Below, piece after piece: positions 47,656 through 57,880 of a stretch of 64,000 nt of DNA. A program made the position numbers and the translations under genes. The stretch lies in IMG/VR virus record IMGVR_UViG_3300032327_000792; one strand, written 5' to 3'. Source of the stretch: a virus. Lineage: Duplodnaviria > Caudoviricetes. Position 1 is the first letter of the stretch, and each line of letters opens with the position of its first letter. A model generated the notes under the pieces. It ran no database searches. It saw only the letters and a list, made by a program, of their open reading frames with translations, and had not been told where the DNA came from.

Positions 47656-48458
47656 CCCAAGGTGCATTGATTTTTGCATTCAACAATGATCAACTTGATT
47701 ATTTGAGTATGGCCAATTGGAGTGCTCAAAACATTCGCAGACATCTTGGATTGCCAACTTGTGTGGTCACTGACATTGAACATATTCCGTCACACTATAA
47801 TTTTGAACAAATAGTATTGGCCACAGCTCGCGAACCCAGCATGCGGCACTTTGGCGACATTGACCAAGTAGTTACCTGGTACAATGGCAATAGAGTGGAT
47901 GCCTATGACATCAGTCCCTGGGATCATACCTTGGTTTTGGATGCCGACTATGTGGTGGCCAGTGACCAATTAAGGGTATTGTTTTCATGTTCGGAAGATT
48001 TTTTAGCACATCAACAAGCCTACGATATAACAGGGCTACAATCATTTGACGATTTAAATCAATTTGGTAAGTATCGAATGCCCATGTGGTGGGCCACTGT
48101 GATGTTATTTCGACGTAGCACTGGCGTCAAACTACTGTTTGATTCAATGAAAATGATTAGAGAAAATTGGTCGCACTATAGACAAGTTTATCAAATTCCT
48201 AGATCTACCTATCGCAACGATCATGCACTGAGTATTGCATTGGGCATGGTCAATGGACACGCACTCGATCACGCACAAATTCCCTGGGATCTGGCATCGT
48301 TGACTTCGGGACAAACGTTAGAATACATTGAGCAAGATTGCTATAAAATTAATTTTATCAATTCTCAAAATCAGCTCAAATGGATACATATAAAAAATCA
48401 AGATTTTCATGCCATGGGCAAACGACATTTGGGGAACCTAATTGCCAATTCAAAGTGA
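47652..48458 (+). CDS. glycosyltransferase-like protein (GT-A/GT8-like, DxD)
   Basis: GALIFAFN...DY...A, SPWDHTLVLDADY, RND.AL; start MTQGAL at 47652 (ATGA overlap). Confidence 0.6.
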   Translation: MTQGALIFAFNNDQLDYLSMANWSAQNIRRHLGLPTCVVTDIEHIPSHYNFEQIVLATAREPSMRHFGDIDQVVTWYNGNRVDAYDISPWDHTLVLDADYVVASDQLRVLFSCSEDFLAHQQAYDITGLQSFDDLNQFGKYRMPMWWATVMLFRRSTGVKLLFDSMKMIRENWSHYRQVYQIPRSTYRNDHALSIALGMVNGHALDHAQIPWDLASLTSGQTLEYIEQDCYKINFINSQNQLKWIHIKNQDFHAMGKRHLGNLIANSK

Positions 48459-49230
48459 ACGTGGGTACCTAATACCAGCGGTCAACACCCGAGATGTTGA
48501 CTACGTGGCATGTGCTCGACAGCTGGCACAAAGTATTAAATTATGGCATCCAACTGCACAAATATGCTTGCTCACTGACCAACCATACAGTGATCCAGTG
48601 TTTGACTTTGTAAAAATATTGCCGTACGGAGATTGTAGCAATAATCATAGTTGGAAATTAAGCAATGACTGGCAATGTTTTGCTGGTAGTCCATTTAGAC
48701 AAACAATCAAACTAGAAGCAGACATGATTGCCGCTGGTCCAGTGGATCATTGGTGGACCTTGTTTGAAAAAAAGGACCTTGTGATCAGCAAGGGTTGTAG
48801 AGATTTTTACGACAATATCAGTGATTGCAGATTTTATAGAAAACTGTTTGATAAAAATCAATTGCCTGACGTATACAATGCTATAACCTATTGGAGAGTC
48901 AGTCCATTGGCCAAACAGTTTTTTCAACATGTAAAAAATATTTTTGAACACTGGGACAGTTATAAAACATTGTTGAAGTTTCCAGATGCAGAACCTACTA
49001 CAGACGTGGTATATGCCATGGCCGCAACAATTATGGGAGAGGAACATTGTACATTGCCAGACAATCTAGGCCCCAGTATAGTCCACATGAAACGCCATGT
49101 TATACCAACACTGACCTCAGATTGGACTCAAGAATTGATCTGGGAAAACACCGACCCGGGGCTAAGAATCAACACAGTGGCACAATGGGGATTTGTTCAC
49201 TACCATAACAAACAATGGCGAGTAGAATGA
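48442..49230 (+). CDS. glycosyltransferase-like protein, paralogue of the previous gene
   Basis: RGYLIPAVN...DY..CA, SPFRQTIKLEADM, VHMK; aligns by eye with 47652..48458. Confidence 0.55.
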   Translation: MPIQSERGYLIPAVNTRDVDYVACARQLAQSIKLWHPTAQICLLTDQPYSDPVFDFVKILPYGDCSNNHSWKLSNDWQCFAGSPFRQTIKLEADMIAAGPVDHWWTLFEKKDLVISKGCRDFYDNISDCRFYRKLFDKNQLPDVYNAITYWRVSPLAKQFFQHVKNIFEHWDSYKTLLKFPDAEPTTDVVYAMAATIMGEEHCTLPDNLGPSIVHMKRHVIPTLTSDWTQELIWENTDPGLRINTVAQWGFVHYHNKQWRVE

Positions 49231-49574
49231 GCAAAGATACAACAGATAATTTTTGGTCAGCATGGGGTCAGCAAATTGAATCAACGTTGCCAATATTCTA
49301 TAGACTATACCATGATGATCAAGGATATCCTTTATTTTACAGCATGGAAGATTTACCAGGTAATTACATTGACATTGATCAAGAAACATATGCACTGTCG
49401 TCATCCAAAGTGCGAGTAGTCAATGGAAAATTAAAAAATAATACTGTGGCACTCACTGCTAAACTAAGACCCGGTACTATAGGAACAGCATGTCATTACA
49501 AAGATATTTGTATAGTTGTGTCCGAAGATCAAAAACATATTAAATGGAGGTTTAAGCAGAATGACCAAGATTGA
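49227..49574 (+). CDS. hypothetical protein (115 aa)
   Basis: ORF with overlapping start/stop inside the operon. Confidence 0.6.
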   Translation: MSKDTTDNFWSAWGQQIESTLPIFYRLYHDDQGYPLFYSMEDLPGNYIDIDQETYALSSSKVRVVNGKLKNNTVALTAKLRPGTIGTACHYKDICIVVSEDQKHIKWRFKQNDQD

Positions 49575-50487
49575 CATAGCAGATTTGGACTGCATATATC
49601 TCTCCTACGACGAACCACAGAAGGAAGAATTCTGGGTAAAGATACGCAACATGGTGCCATGGGCCCGACGTGTGGATGGAGTCAAAGGCAGTGATGCCGC
49701 ACACAAGGCAGCAGCTGCGGCCAGTGACACTGAACGATTTGTTTTGATTGATGGTGACAACTTGCCTGACGAGAAGTTTTTTAACTTGACTTTAGAGTTA
49801 AAGGATGATCGGTATGAATCAGCGGTGTTTCGCTGGAGAGCTCGTAATCATGTCAATGGCTTGATGTACGGCAACGGTGGACTGAGTTCATGGACACGGT
49901 CATTTGTGAACACTATGAAAACACATGAAATCACTGACGGCAGAGACGAAACTGTGGTGGAGTTTTGTTTTGATCCATTGTACTGGGCCATGCACGATTG
50001 CTATTCAACCACATATCCCAATGGATCGGCTCGTCATGCTTGGCGTGCAGGATTCCGCGAAGGTGTCAAGATGTGCTTGAACAAAGGCTCGAAACCCACA
50101 GTCACAGAGTTTCGAGATCGTGTGCATCAACGCAACTTAGACCATTTGACCATATGGCACAATGTGGGTGCAGATGTAGATTACGGATTATGGTCCATTG
50201 CTGGCGCAAGAATGGGCACATACATGACCATGCTCACTGATTGGGATTATCGACAGGTGCAGAGTTTTGATGCCTTGGAAGAATTATGGTCAACAGTGGC
50301 AGAACAAGATCCGGAGTTATTGGCCAACCGTGTGGCTGAGGATTTGTCTACACAACTGGATTTACCTGTGATGTCAATGTTTGCAGAACAAAGTTGCTTC
50401 TTCAAGAGACACTATCGTAGTAATTGGCACAATCAAGGTGTGATGGTTAGAGAAATTGATGTTATTAGACAACAGGAAGGTTGGTAA
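49561..50487 (+). CDS. glycosyltransferase-like protein (GT-A, DGD motif)
   Basis: CIYLSYDEP, RVDGVKGSDAAH, FVLIDGDN, YGNGG. Confidence 0.55.
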   Translation: MTKIDIADLDCIYLSYDEPQKEEFWVKIRNMVPWARRVDGVKGSDAAHKAAAAASDTERFVLIDGDNLPDEKFFNLTLELKDDRYESAVFRWRARNHVNGLMYGNGGLSSWTRSFVNTMKTHEITDGRDETVVEFCFDPLYWAMHDCYSTTYPNGSARHAWRAGFREGVKMCLNKGSKPTVTEFRDRVHQRNLDHLTIWHNVGADVDYGLWSIAGARMGTYMTMLTDWDYRQVQSFDALEELWSTVAEQDPELLANRVAEDLSTQLDLPVMSMFAEQSCFFKRHYRSNWHNQGVMVREIDVIRQQEGW

Positions 50488-50488
50488 A

Positions 50489-51586
50489 TTGAGTTGGACA
50501 TGCGCCGCCATTGATCACGGTGTAACAGTTTTCCCTAACGGTAAAATTGGTCCTTGTTGTCAAGTTGCCAGCGACTATTTAAAACCTATATCAGAATTAT
50601 CAAATCCTAATAGATTTATAGACTTAAAAACACAAGATTGCCCTCAGGAACACCCATGCAGTAAATGTGCTGCCGCGGAATATAACGGATTAAAAAGTTA
50701 CAGAAGCATGTTCAATGAAACAGTAACACCTGCTGCAGGACTACAATTTGTTGATATTAGAAATACCAATTTTTGTAATTTAAAATGTAGATATTGTGGA
50801 CCACATTTTAGCAGCCAATGGGCAGAAGAACTTGATAGATTTCCTATAATACAAAGTCAAGACCTATTTGATTATAAAAAGTTGTTGATTACCGATTCAC
50901 TGCACTGGATGTACTTTACCGGCGGTGAACCCTTGATATCCAGCGACCACTGGAAATTACTTGAGGAATTGATTGATGCCGGGAAATCCTTTCAGATATC
51001 ACTGATGTATAATACTAATTTAACTACAATAAAGTATAAAGATAAAAATATCATTGATATTTGGAAAAAGTTCAAAAATGTTAACATACAATGCAGCATT
51101 GATGCTGTTGGTGAACCATTGGAATACATCAGATCCGGAACCAGTTGGCCTAAAATAAAATCAAATCTAGAACAACTATTAGAAAACTCACAAAATAATA
51201 TTAATATTGGCTTATCTCCAGTATTAAGTATTTTAAATATTTGGTTCATTGACGAATTATACAAGTATGCCAAGTCAAATAATATCAAAGTTTACCCGAT
51301 AGTACTGACTGGTCCAGACTATCTAGCATTAAATGTAGTGCCAGACAATTTAAAATCATTGGCACTGGATAAAATCAATGCCATTGAATCTAGTTACAAC
51401 ATTGATAAAGAGATGGTACTACAAATTAAAAATTTAATCAATAACAATATTAACCAATGTCTATTTGCACAAACTATATCACATATACTACTATTAGACA
51501 ATCTACGAGGTGAAAAATTGTTTGATCTACTGCCTTTTAAATCTATAGCCATTGACAATATTTTGAAAAATCACGAATATGAATAA
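50489..51586 (+). CDS. radical SAM protein with N-terminal SPASM/twitch-like motif
   Basis: CAAIDHG...GKIGPCC..CSKC, then CNLKCRYC and FTGGEP; TTG start after AGGAAG. Confidence 0.85.
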   Translation: MSWTCAAIDHGVTVFPNGKIGPCCQVASDYLKPISELSNPNRFIDLKTQDCPQEHPCSKCAAAEYNGLKSYRSMFNETVTPAAGLQFVDIRNTNFCNLKCRYCGPHFSSQWAEELDRFPIIQSQDLFDYKKLLITDSLHWMYFTGGEPLISSDHWKLLEELIDAGKSFQISLMYNTNLTTIKYKDKNIIDIWKKFKNVNIQCSIDAVGEPLEYIRSGTSWPKIKSNLEQLLENSQNNINIGLSPVLSILNIWFIDELYKYAKSNNIKVYPIVLTGPDYLALNVVPDNLKSLALDKINAIESSYNIDKEMVLQIKNLINNNINQCLFAQTISHILLLDNLRGEKLFDLLPFKSIAIDNILKNHEYE

Positions 51587-52994
51587 CAAAGACGACAATG
51601 TTACAACGGATTTTAAATCTATATTCCTAAGTTCAGCAGAGCAAATGAAATCCAATCTAGGATCAGCACTCTGTTTGGCCAAATGGAAACAAGTTAGCCT
51701 ACATCTACCAACTGGACTCAACAACAGTTGTTATCATCCACCATTGCACGTAATTGATGCCAATGTATTAAAAGATAATCCCAGTGCTTTGCATAACACA
51801 GCACACAAAAAAGAGCAACGCAAGATCATGCTCAAGCAAGAGCGTCCACAAGAGTGCTCTTACTGCTGGACAATGGAGGATAACGGCAAACTAAGTGATA
51901 GACACTATCGATCAGGTGAACCATGGGCGGCCAAAGACTTTGATGCAATAACCAATTCCAACGGAGATGAAGATGTTATACCTAGTTATGTGGAAGTTAA
52001 TTTTAATCACGCTTGCAATCTTAAATGTAGTTACTGTAGTCCTCAATTTAGCAGTTCCTGGCAACAGGAAGTGGATCAGTTTGGCGGTTATCCTACTAGC
52101 ACTGAACACAATGCTCCTAGTCACTTCACTGGTCGTAACAGGCCAATACCTGTAAGAGAAGAGAACCCCTATGTGGATGCATTTTGGCAATGGTGGCCCA
52201 CGCTGTATCCAGAATTAGCACACTTCCGTATGACTGGCGGTGAGCCCATGCTGGACAAAAACACCTATAGAGTATTTGATTATGTGTTGGCCAATCCCAA
52301 ACCAGACCTACATCTAAATGTAACATCAAACTTTTCTGTGGATGAACGTTCATGGAACCGATACTTGGGCTATGTAAAGCAGTTGTGTGAGGGTCAAAAG
52401 ATTGAACACTTTATGCAGTTTGTGAGTCTGGACTCGTGGATGGAGCAAGCGGAATACATTCGTGACGGGTTGGATTTTGATTTGCTTTGGGACAGAGTGA
52501 ATCAATTCTTAACTGAAATTCCAGGACGTAATTCAATTACTTTTATTGTGACCATGAACAATCTCAGTGTCACTGGACTGGGTAAGTTGATGGCTGGTAT
52601 ACTGGGACTACGTAAAATATATTCACAAACATATCAACGTGTGTGGTTCGACACTCCGGTGTTACGTACACCCACATGGCAAAGCCTGCAATTGTTGCCC
52701 GAAAGCTACGTGGACCAACTGGAACAAACATGGGCGTGGATGATGAAAAACTTAGAAACTGTCGATGATCCATTTCACGGATTCAAAGATTATGAATTGT
52801 CTAGATTGGACAGAGACATTGCCTGGATGCGAGATGGGCAGAAATTAGATGCGCAATATGTTCAACAAAACAAAGCAGACTTTTACCGTTTCTTTGCAGA
52901 ACACGATCGTAGACGTGGTACTGATTTTTTAGCAACATTTCCAGAAATGACTGCATGGTGGAAAGAATGTGAGTACCATGCTAGGCAAGCGTAA
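51579..52994 (+). CDS. radical SAM protein with N-terminal twitch-like motif
   Basis: CLAKW..SCYHPP..CSYCW, CNLKCSYC, MTGGEP. Confidence 0.88.
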   Translation: MNNKDDNVTTDFKSIFLSSAEQMKSNLGSALCLAKWKQVSLHLPTGLNNSCYHPPLHVIDANVLKDNPSALHNTAHKKEQRKIMLKQERPQECSYCWTMEDNGKLSDRHYRSGEPWAAKDFDAITNSNGDEDVIPSYVEVNFNHACNLKCSYCSPQFSSSWQQEVDQFGGYPTSTEHNAPSHFTGRNRPIPVREENPYVDAFWQWWPTLYPELAHFRMTGGEPMLDKNTYRVFDYVLANPKPDLHLNVTSNFSVDERSWNRYLGYVKQLCEGQKIEHFMQFVSLDSWMEQAEYIRDGLDFDLLWDRVNQFLTEIPGRNSITFIVTMNNLSVTGLGKLMAGILGLRKIYSQTYQRVWFDTPVLRTPTWQSLQLLPESYVDQLEQTWAWMMKNLETVDDPFHGFKDYELSRLDRDIAWMRDGQKLDAQYVQQNKADFYRFFAEHDRRRGTDFLATFPEMTAWWKECEYHARQA

Positions 52995-54114
52995 GTTAAT
53001 AGTTGACACATTTAGTGAAATATATGACTTAATAGAATCCCAAGCAGATGATTGTTTTTGGGAGTTAAAAGAGCATGAAACTGTGCCCGGAGCAATATAT
53101 GTTATTGGGCGTAATCAGTTTGCCGGCTATCGCTCACGCATTCAAGACATGATGGATAATCATGGTTGCCGCATTGTACACAGTAATCCAATGGAAGGAT
53201 CCGAAACCATTCGCGCCAAGTGTTATGCTCAGGACATGGCACAAGATGTACAATCCGGTAAGATTTTACTTGTGGGCGGAGGAGATATTGAGCCGGGATG
53301 GCCATGTTTAACATATGAAAACTTTCTGCCCAAAGTATTGGACTACGAAGAAAATATTCAAGCACAAGCTCGTACAGAAGAAATATACGCTAAAACATGC
53401 AAGCCTTATAAGTTCTTATTTTTAAACGGACGTGCTAGGCCCACACGCAAGTATCTAATAGAACGATTTAAACTGAGTAAGCTGTTGGATCAAGCAGTGT
53501 GGACCAACCTAGACTGTAGACTCACACGCTCTACTGATATTCAACTGATGGTCGATAACAAGAACTTAATGTATACCGACACGGAAATCAAGTACTTGCC
53601 TAAGCAATACGAAGTTGACCGCTACGCTGATCGTGTGGGTCAGGCAAACGCCAGCTTTGTCAAACTTGATCTATTTGACAACAACTGGGGTGAAATATAC
53701 TTAAAAGCCGAACCCTATGTCGACACTTACTTTAGTCTGGTAACCGAAACTGTATTTGAATATCCTTACAGTTTCCGCACAGAAAAGATAGCCAAACCAT
53801 TGGCCATGGGCCACCCATGGATAGCTGTGGCCAATGCTGGCTATTATAGAGATATTCGCAATTTGGGATTTCAAACATTTGATGGTATAATCGATGAATC
53901 ATTTGACACCATTGATAACAATCAGCAACGAATAGATCGTATAGCTGACATAGTAGAGGATTTATGTCAACAAGATCTTGCAAGTTTCTTAAAAGAATGT
54001 TATACTGTGTGTAAATACAATCAGCAACATCTCGCGGAAATAAGACTCCAAATACGCAAAGAATTTCCTGATCGTTTTGCCCAATTTATCCGAAAGCATC
54101 GTTTTGATGAATGA
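52969..54114 (+). CDS. unassigned enzyme, possible GT-B-fold family (TEK..KP motif), paralogue 1
   Basis: YFSLVTET...FRTEKIAKPL.MGHPW...GFQTF..IIDESFD. Confidence 0.45.
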   Translation: MSTMLGKRKLIVDTFSEIYDLIESQADDCFWELKEHETVPGAIYVIGRNQFAGYRSRIQDMMDNHGCRIVHSNPMEGSETIRAKCYAQDMAQDVQSGKILLVGGGDIEPGWPCLTYENFLPKVLDYEENIQAQARTEEIYAKTCKPYKFLFLNGRARPTRKYLIERFKLSKLLDQAVWTNLDCRLTRSTDIQLMVDNKNLMYTDTEIKYLPKQYEVDRYADRVGQANASFVKLDLFDNNWGEIYLKAEPYVDTYFSLVTETVFEYPYSFRTEKIAKPLAMGHPWIAVANAGYYRDIRNLGFQTFDGIIDESFDTIDNNQQRIDRIADIVEDLCQQDLASFLKECYTVCKYNQQHLAEIRLQIRKEFPDRFAQFIRKHRFDE

Positions 54115-55432
54115 TTTAGAATTTCGTAAACAAGTGCTAGACACCAAGAGTGATAGCTTCTGTGCAGCCAAGTGGTACAATGCCACTATATGGCTAGGAT
54201 CAGGTATGACCACTAGCTGTCATCATCCCCCTGCACATCGTGTAGACGCAGATGCTGTACAAAAGAATCCTAAGTTGTTGCATAACACACAACAAAAGAA
54301 GCATGACCGTGAGTTGATGTTAAAGGGCGAACGCCCAGCTGGTTGCGAATACTGTTGGAAAATTGAAGACATGGGCAGTGATGCTATCAGTGACCGTGTT
54401 TACAAATCAAAAATTTATCCTATACAAGCATTGGATCAAGCATTTGCAACTCCGGTTGAAACAGATGTGGATTTACGCACATTGGAAATTGCGTTTGATC
54501 GCACTTGTCAGTTTGCCTGCAGTTATTGTAATCCAGCTTTCTCTAGTACATGGGTTCGAGATATTGATCGTAATGGTGCTTATACTGGTCTTGTCAGCGA
54601 CGGCCGCAATCATTTTACTCACAGTCATAGCTCAGCGCAATTGTACCGGTTTGGGGAAACAAATCCCTATGCCAAAGCCTTTTTTGCATGGTGGGAATCG
54701 GACCTACATAGCACATTAGAAGAACTACGTATCACCGGCGGAGAACCTTTGATGTCTGGAGAAACCTGGAAGTTGTTGGATTGGTTTAAAGCTAACAAAG
54801 GCAAGAGTCAAACAAGACTTGCCATTAACTCAAATCTTGGAGCGGGGGTTGATGTAGATCGTTTGATTGACTCAATCGAAGGGTTGGAAGTAGATATCTA
54901 TACATCAAACGAATCCGTGGGTCTACAAGCAGAGTACATACGCGATGGGCTGGACTGGTCAGCTTGGTTGGTCAATGTACACAAAATACTCAACAGCAAT
55001 GTACGCAGATTACACATAATGAATACTATCAACGCATTGTGCTTGGACAGTTTACCAGAATTTTTGCAGTTGTTGATTGAATTAAAACATCAATATCAAG
55101 ACCGTATCAGTTTCACGCTCAACATACTGCGTTTTCCTAGTTTTCAATCACCGTTAGTGCTCAGTGACGAACTACGCACACATTATCGTGGTCGATTGAA
55201 CGATGTTTTTGTATGTATGAAAGAATCCAACGTGCTGGAAGAGCATGAGCACAATCATATACAACGCTTGATTGACTATTTGGACATTGTTAAAACCCCA
55301 CACTTGGAAGCATTTGATCGACCAAAATTGCTCAACGATTTTCGAGAGTTCTTTGCCCAATATGATCAGCGCAGAGGCAAGAATTTTGCAGAAACATTTC
55401 CCAATTTAAAAGAATGGTACAATGGCCTATAA
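54107..55432 (+). CDS. radical SAM protein with N-terminal twitch-like motif
   Basis: CAAKW..SCHHPP..CEYCW, CQFACSYC, ITGGEP. Confidence 0.88.
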   Translation: MNDLEFRKQVLDTKSDSFCAAKWYNATIWLGSGMTTSCHHPPAHRVDADAVQKNPKLLHNTQQKKHDRELMLKGERPAGCEYCWKIEDMGSDAISDRVYKSKIYPIQALDQAFATPVETDVDLRTLEIAFDRTCQFACSYCNPAFSSTWVRDIDRNGAYTGLVSDGRNHFTHSHSSAQLYRFGETNPYAKAFFAWWESDLHSTLEELRITGGEPLMSGETWKLLDWFKANKGKSQTRLAINSNLGAGVDVDRLIDSIEGLEVDIYTSNESVGLQAEYIRDGLDWSAWLVNVHKILNSNVRRLHIMNTINALCLDSLPEFLQLLIELKHQYQDRISFTLNILRFPSFQSPLVLSDELRTHYRGRLNDVFVCMKESNVLEEHEHNHIQRLIDYLDIVKTPHLEAFDRPKLLNDFREFFAQYDQRRGKNFAETFPNLKEWYNGL

Positions 55433-56681
55433 TTACAACAGTACAGAACTGGTACGGAATATAGAGTTAACTGAGCGTGAAGAATTCTTATTAAAGGAAT
55501 CCAAAACATTCTGTATCTATCCTTGGATTCATTTACATGCCTATCCTACCGGCGAAGCCTATCCATGCTGTCATGCCGAAATGGGTGTGGGTCAAGTTGG
55601 AAACTGCCGTGATAAAACACTGGAACAAATATGGTATGACGACCCCATGAACGAATTGCGTGTGAACATGTTGCAAGAGCGCAAAAGTTCTGCATGCCAA
55701 CGTTGTTATGAACAGGAAGAAGCAGGATTCTTTTCAGGACGTCGCAGCGCCAACAAGCACCACGGACACCATATAAGCAATCTTCAAGGCACACCTTTTC
55801 AAATGTCATACTGGGACATACGGTTCAGTAATTTGTGCAATCTAAGCTGTCGTAGTTGCGGGCATATTTTTAGCTCAAGCTGGCATCAAGATCAGGCTCA
55901 ATTGGCCGGCGGTGATTGGGCCATAAAAAACCCAGTGTTGAATTACGCAGGACGCACAGAAATAGACATGTGGGACCAACTAATACCGCACTTGGATTAT
56001 GTAGAGCAAATATACTTTGCAGGTGGCGAACCTCTGATGATGAAAGAACACTACAACATCTTGGATGAACTAGAACGTCGCGGACGCTTTGATGTACGAC
56101 TAATATACAACACAAACTTTACGCATACCCGACTAAAAGATCGTGAAGTATTTGATTACTGGCGCAAGTTCCGATTTGTAGCAGTGGGCGCCAGTTTGGA
56201 TGCTGAAGGTCCAAGAGCCGAATATATTAGAAAAGGCACCCATTGGGATCAGGTCGAACGCAATAGACGTACCATGATGGAGATTTGCCCTAACGTGGAC
56301 TTTTATATTTCACCTACCTTGAGCATATTGAATGCTCTGCATCTTCCGGACTTTCACAGAGACTGGGTAGAAAAAGGTTTAATAAAAGCGCAGGATTTAA
56401 ACGTCAACATCCTACAAGATCCTGCTCATTTACGCATAGACATCGCCACAACAGAATACAAACAAAAGATCAACAGTAAATTACAGGATCATTTGGCGTG
56501 GTTACGTCCGCAAGATTCTTTGAACCGTGCTACAGTGGGATTTGAGGCAGCTGTTAACTTTATGATGACCACAGACAACACAGCACTGATACCTAAGTTT
56601 TGGCAAAAAATGACTGAACTTGACCGTATACGCAAAGAAGAGTTGTTGTCGGTAATTCCTGAATTGTCGGAATTAAAATGA
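55422..56681 (+). CDS. radical SAM protein with N-terminal SPASM/twitch-like motif
   Basis: CIYPW..GEAYPCC..CQRC, CNLSCRSC, FAGGEP. Confidence 0.88.
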   Translation: MAYNYNSTELVRNIELTEREEFLLKESKTFCIYPWIHLHAYPTGEAYPCCHAEMGVGQVGNCRDKTLEQIWYDDPMNELRVNMLQERKSSACQRCYEQEEAGFFSGRRSANKHHGHHISNLQGTPFQMSYWDIRFSNLCNLSCRSCGHIFSSSWHQDQAQLAGGDWAIKNPVLNYAGRTEIDMWDQLIPHLDYVEQIYFAGGEPLMMKEHYNILDELERRGRFDVRLIYNTNFTHTRLKDREVFDYWRKFRFVAVGASLDAEGPRAEYIRKGTHWDQVERNRRTMMEICPNVDFYISPTLSILNALHLPDFHRDWVEKGLIKAQDLNVNILQDPAHLRIDIATTEYKQKINSKLQDHLAWLRPQDSLNRATVGFEAAVNFMMTTDNTALIPKFWQKMTELDRIRKEELLSVIPELSELK

Positions 56682-57880
56682 ACGTACCACACGCAAAATT
56701 CTGTGTATTGCCTTGGGTCAGCTTAGAAACCAGTCCCATTGGTACTGTACGTCCTTGTTGTTTGGCCGATGACGAGATTGTGGACAATAACGGCCACAAG
56801 TTCCGACTGTTGAACAGCACGTTTGCTGACATACAGTCTAGCAAGCACATGCAACAGCTCAGACAGGAGTTTTTACAAGGACAACAACCACAAACATGCC
56901 GTAAATGTTGGGCAGTAGAAGATGCCGGCGGAACCAGCAAACGTATGCACACCTTGGACAGACTAAAACACATGGGTATTAGTCCAGACTGGACTGCAGA
57001 TGCCAAATCCTTGATGTTTTTGGATCTAAAACTAGGCAATATATGTAATTTAAAATGTCGTATATGCGGGTCATGGTCATCGAGTCAATTTGCCACTGAA
57101 GAATTAAAATTTGTTAACGATAGTAAAAAAGAATCATTTCATTATGAAATGTTAAAGGCAGGTGCATGGCCCAGAGAAAACAGTCAATTTTGGACAGAAT
57201 TAAACAACTCACTGACAGACATACGTTACTTGGAATTTACCGGAGGAGAGCCGTTTTTAATTCAGGAACATTTTGATTTGTTACAGACACTGGTAGATCA
57301 AGGAGTAGCTGACCAAATTGAAATACATTACAACACCAATGGTACACAGTATCCTGAGCATGCTGAATCTATTTGGCGTCATTTTAAGCATGTTGAAATA
57401 GCATTCAGCATAGATGACGTGGAGTCTAGATTTGAATATCAGCGTACCAATGCTGTGTGGACAGAAGTATGTGCTAATATTGAACGGTTCCGACAAATGC
57501 GAGCACGCAACACAAATATCTCCCTGCAAGTATGTTGCACGGTCAATGTATTCAATGTCATGTATCTTGCGGATGTAGCTGTGTGGATTGATCAACAAAA
57601 CTTTGATTATGTATATTGGAATATGTTACATGATGCGCCATGGTTAAGTATAGCACATTTACCTCAAGATGCTAAAATAGCAATAGCCAATCGTTTGAAC
57701 ATTGAACCGTTTCCAGACAAATATCTCACGGAATTAAAAAAGATTATTGAATTTATGTACCTTGGTCAAAGTCATGCCAAAGAAAATATGATAAAAAATA
57801 TACAACAGTTGGATTTACGTAGAAATGAATCATTAAAAACAGTGGCTCCAGAATTGGCGGATATATTAAATTATGACTAA
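56678..57880 (+). CDS. radical SAM protein with N-terminal SPASM/twitch-like motif
   Basis: CVLPW..GTVRPCC..CRKC, CNLKCRIC, FTGGEP. Confidence 0.88.
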   Translation: MNVPHAKFCVLPWVSLETSPIGTVRPCCLADDEIVDNNGHKFRLLNSTFADIQSSKHMQQLRQEFLQGQQPQTCRKCWAVEDAGGTSKRMHTLDRLKHMGISPDWTADAKSLMFLDLKLGNICNLKCRICGSWSSSQFATEELKFVNDSKKESFHYEMLKAGAWPRENSQFWTELNNSLTDIRYLEFTGGEPFLIQEHFDLLQTLVDQGVADQIEIHYNTNGTQYPEHAESIWRHFKHVEIAFSIDDVESRFEYQRTNAVWTEVCANIERFRQMRARNTNISLQVCCTVNVFNVMYLADVAVWIDQQNFDYVYWNMLHDAPWLSIAHLPQDAKIAIANRLNIEPFPDKYLTELKKIIEFMYLGQSHAKENMIKNIQQLDLRRNESLKTVAPELADILNYD

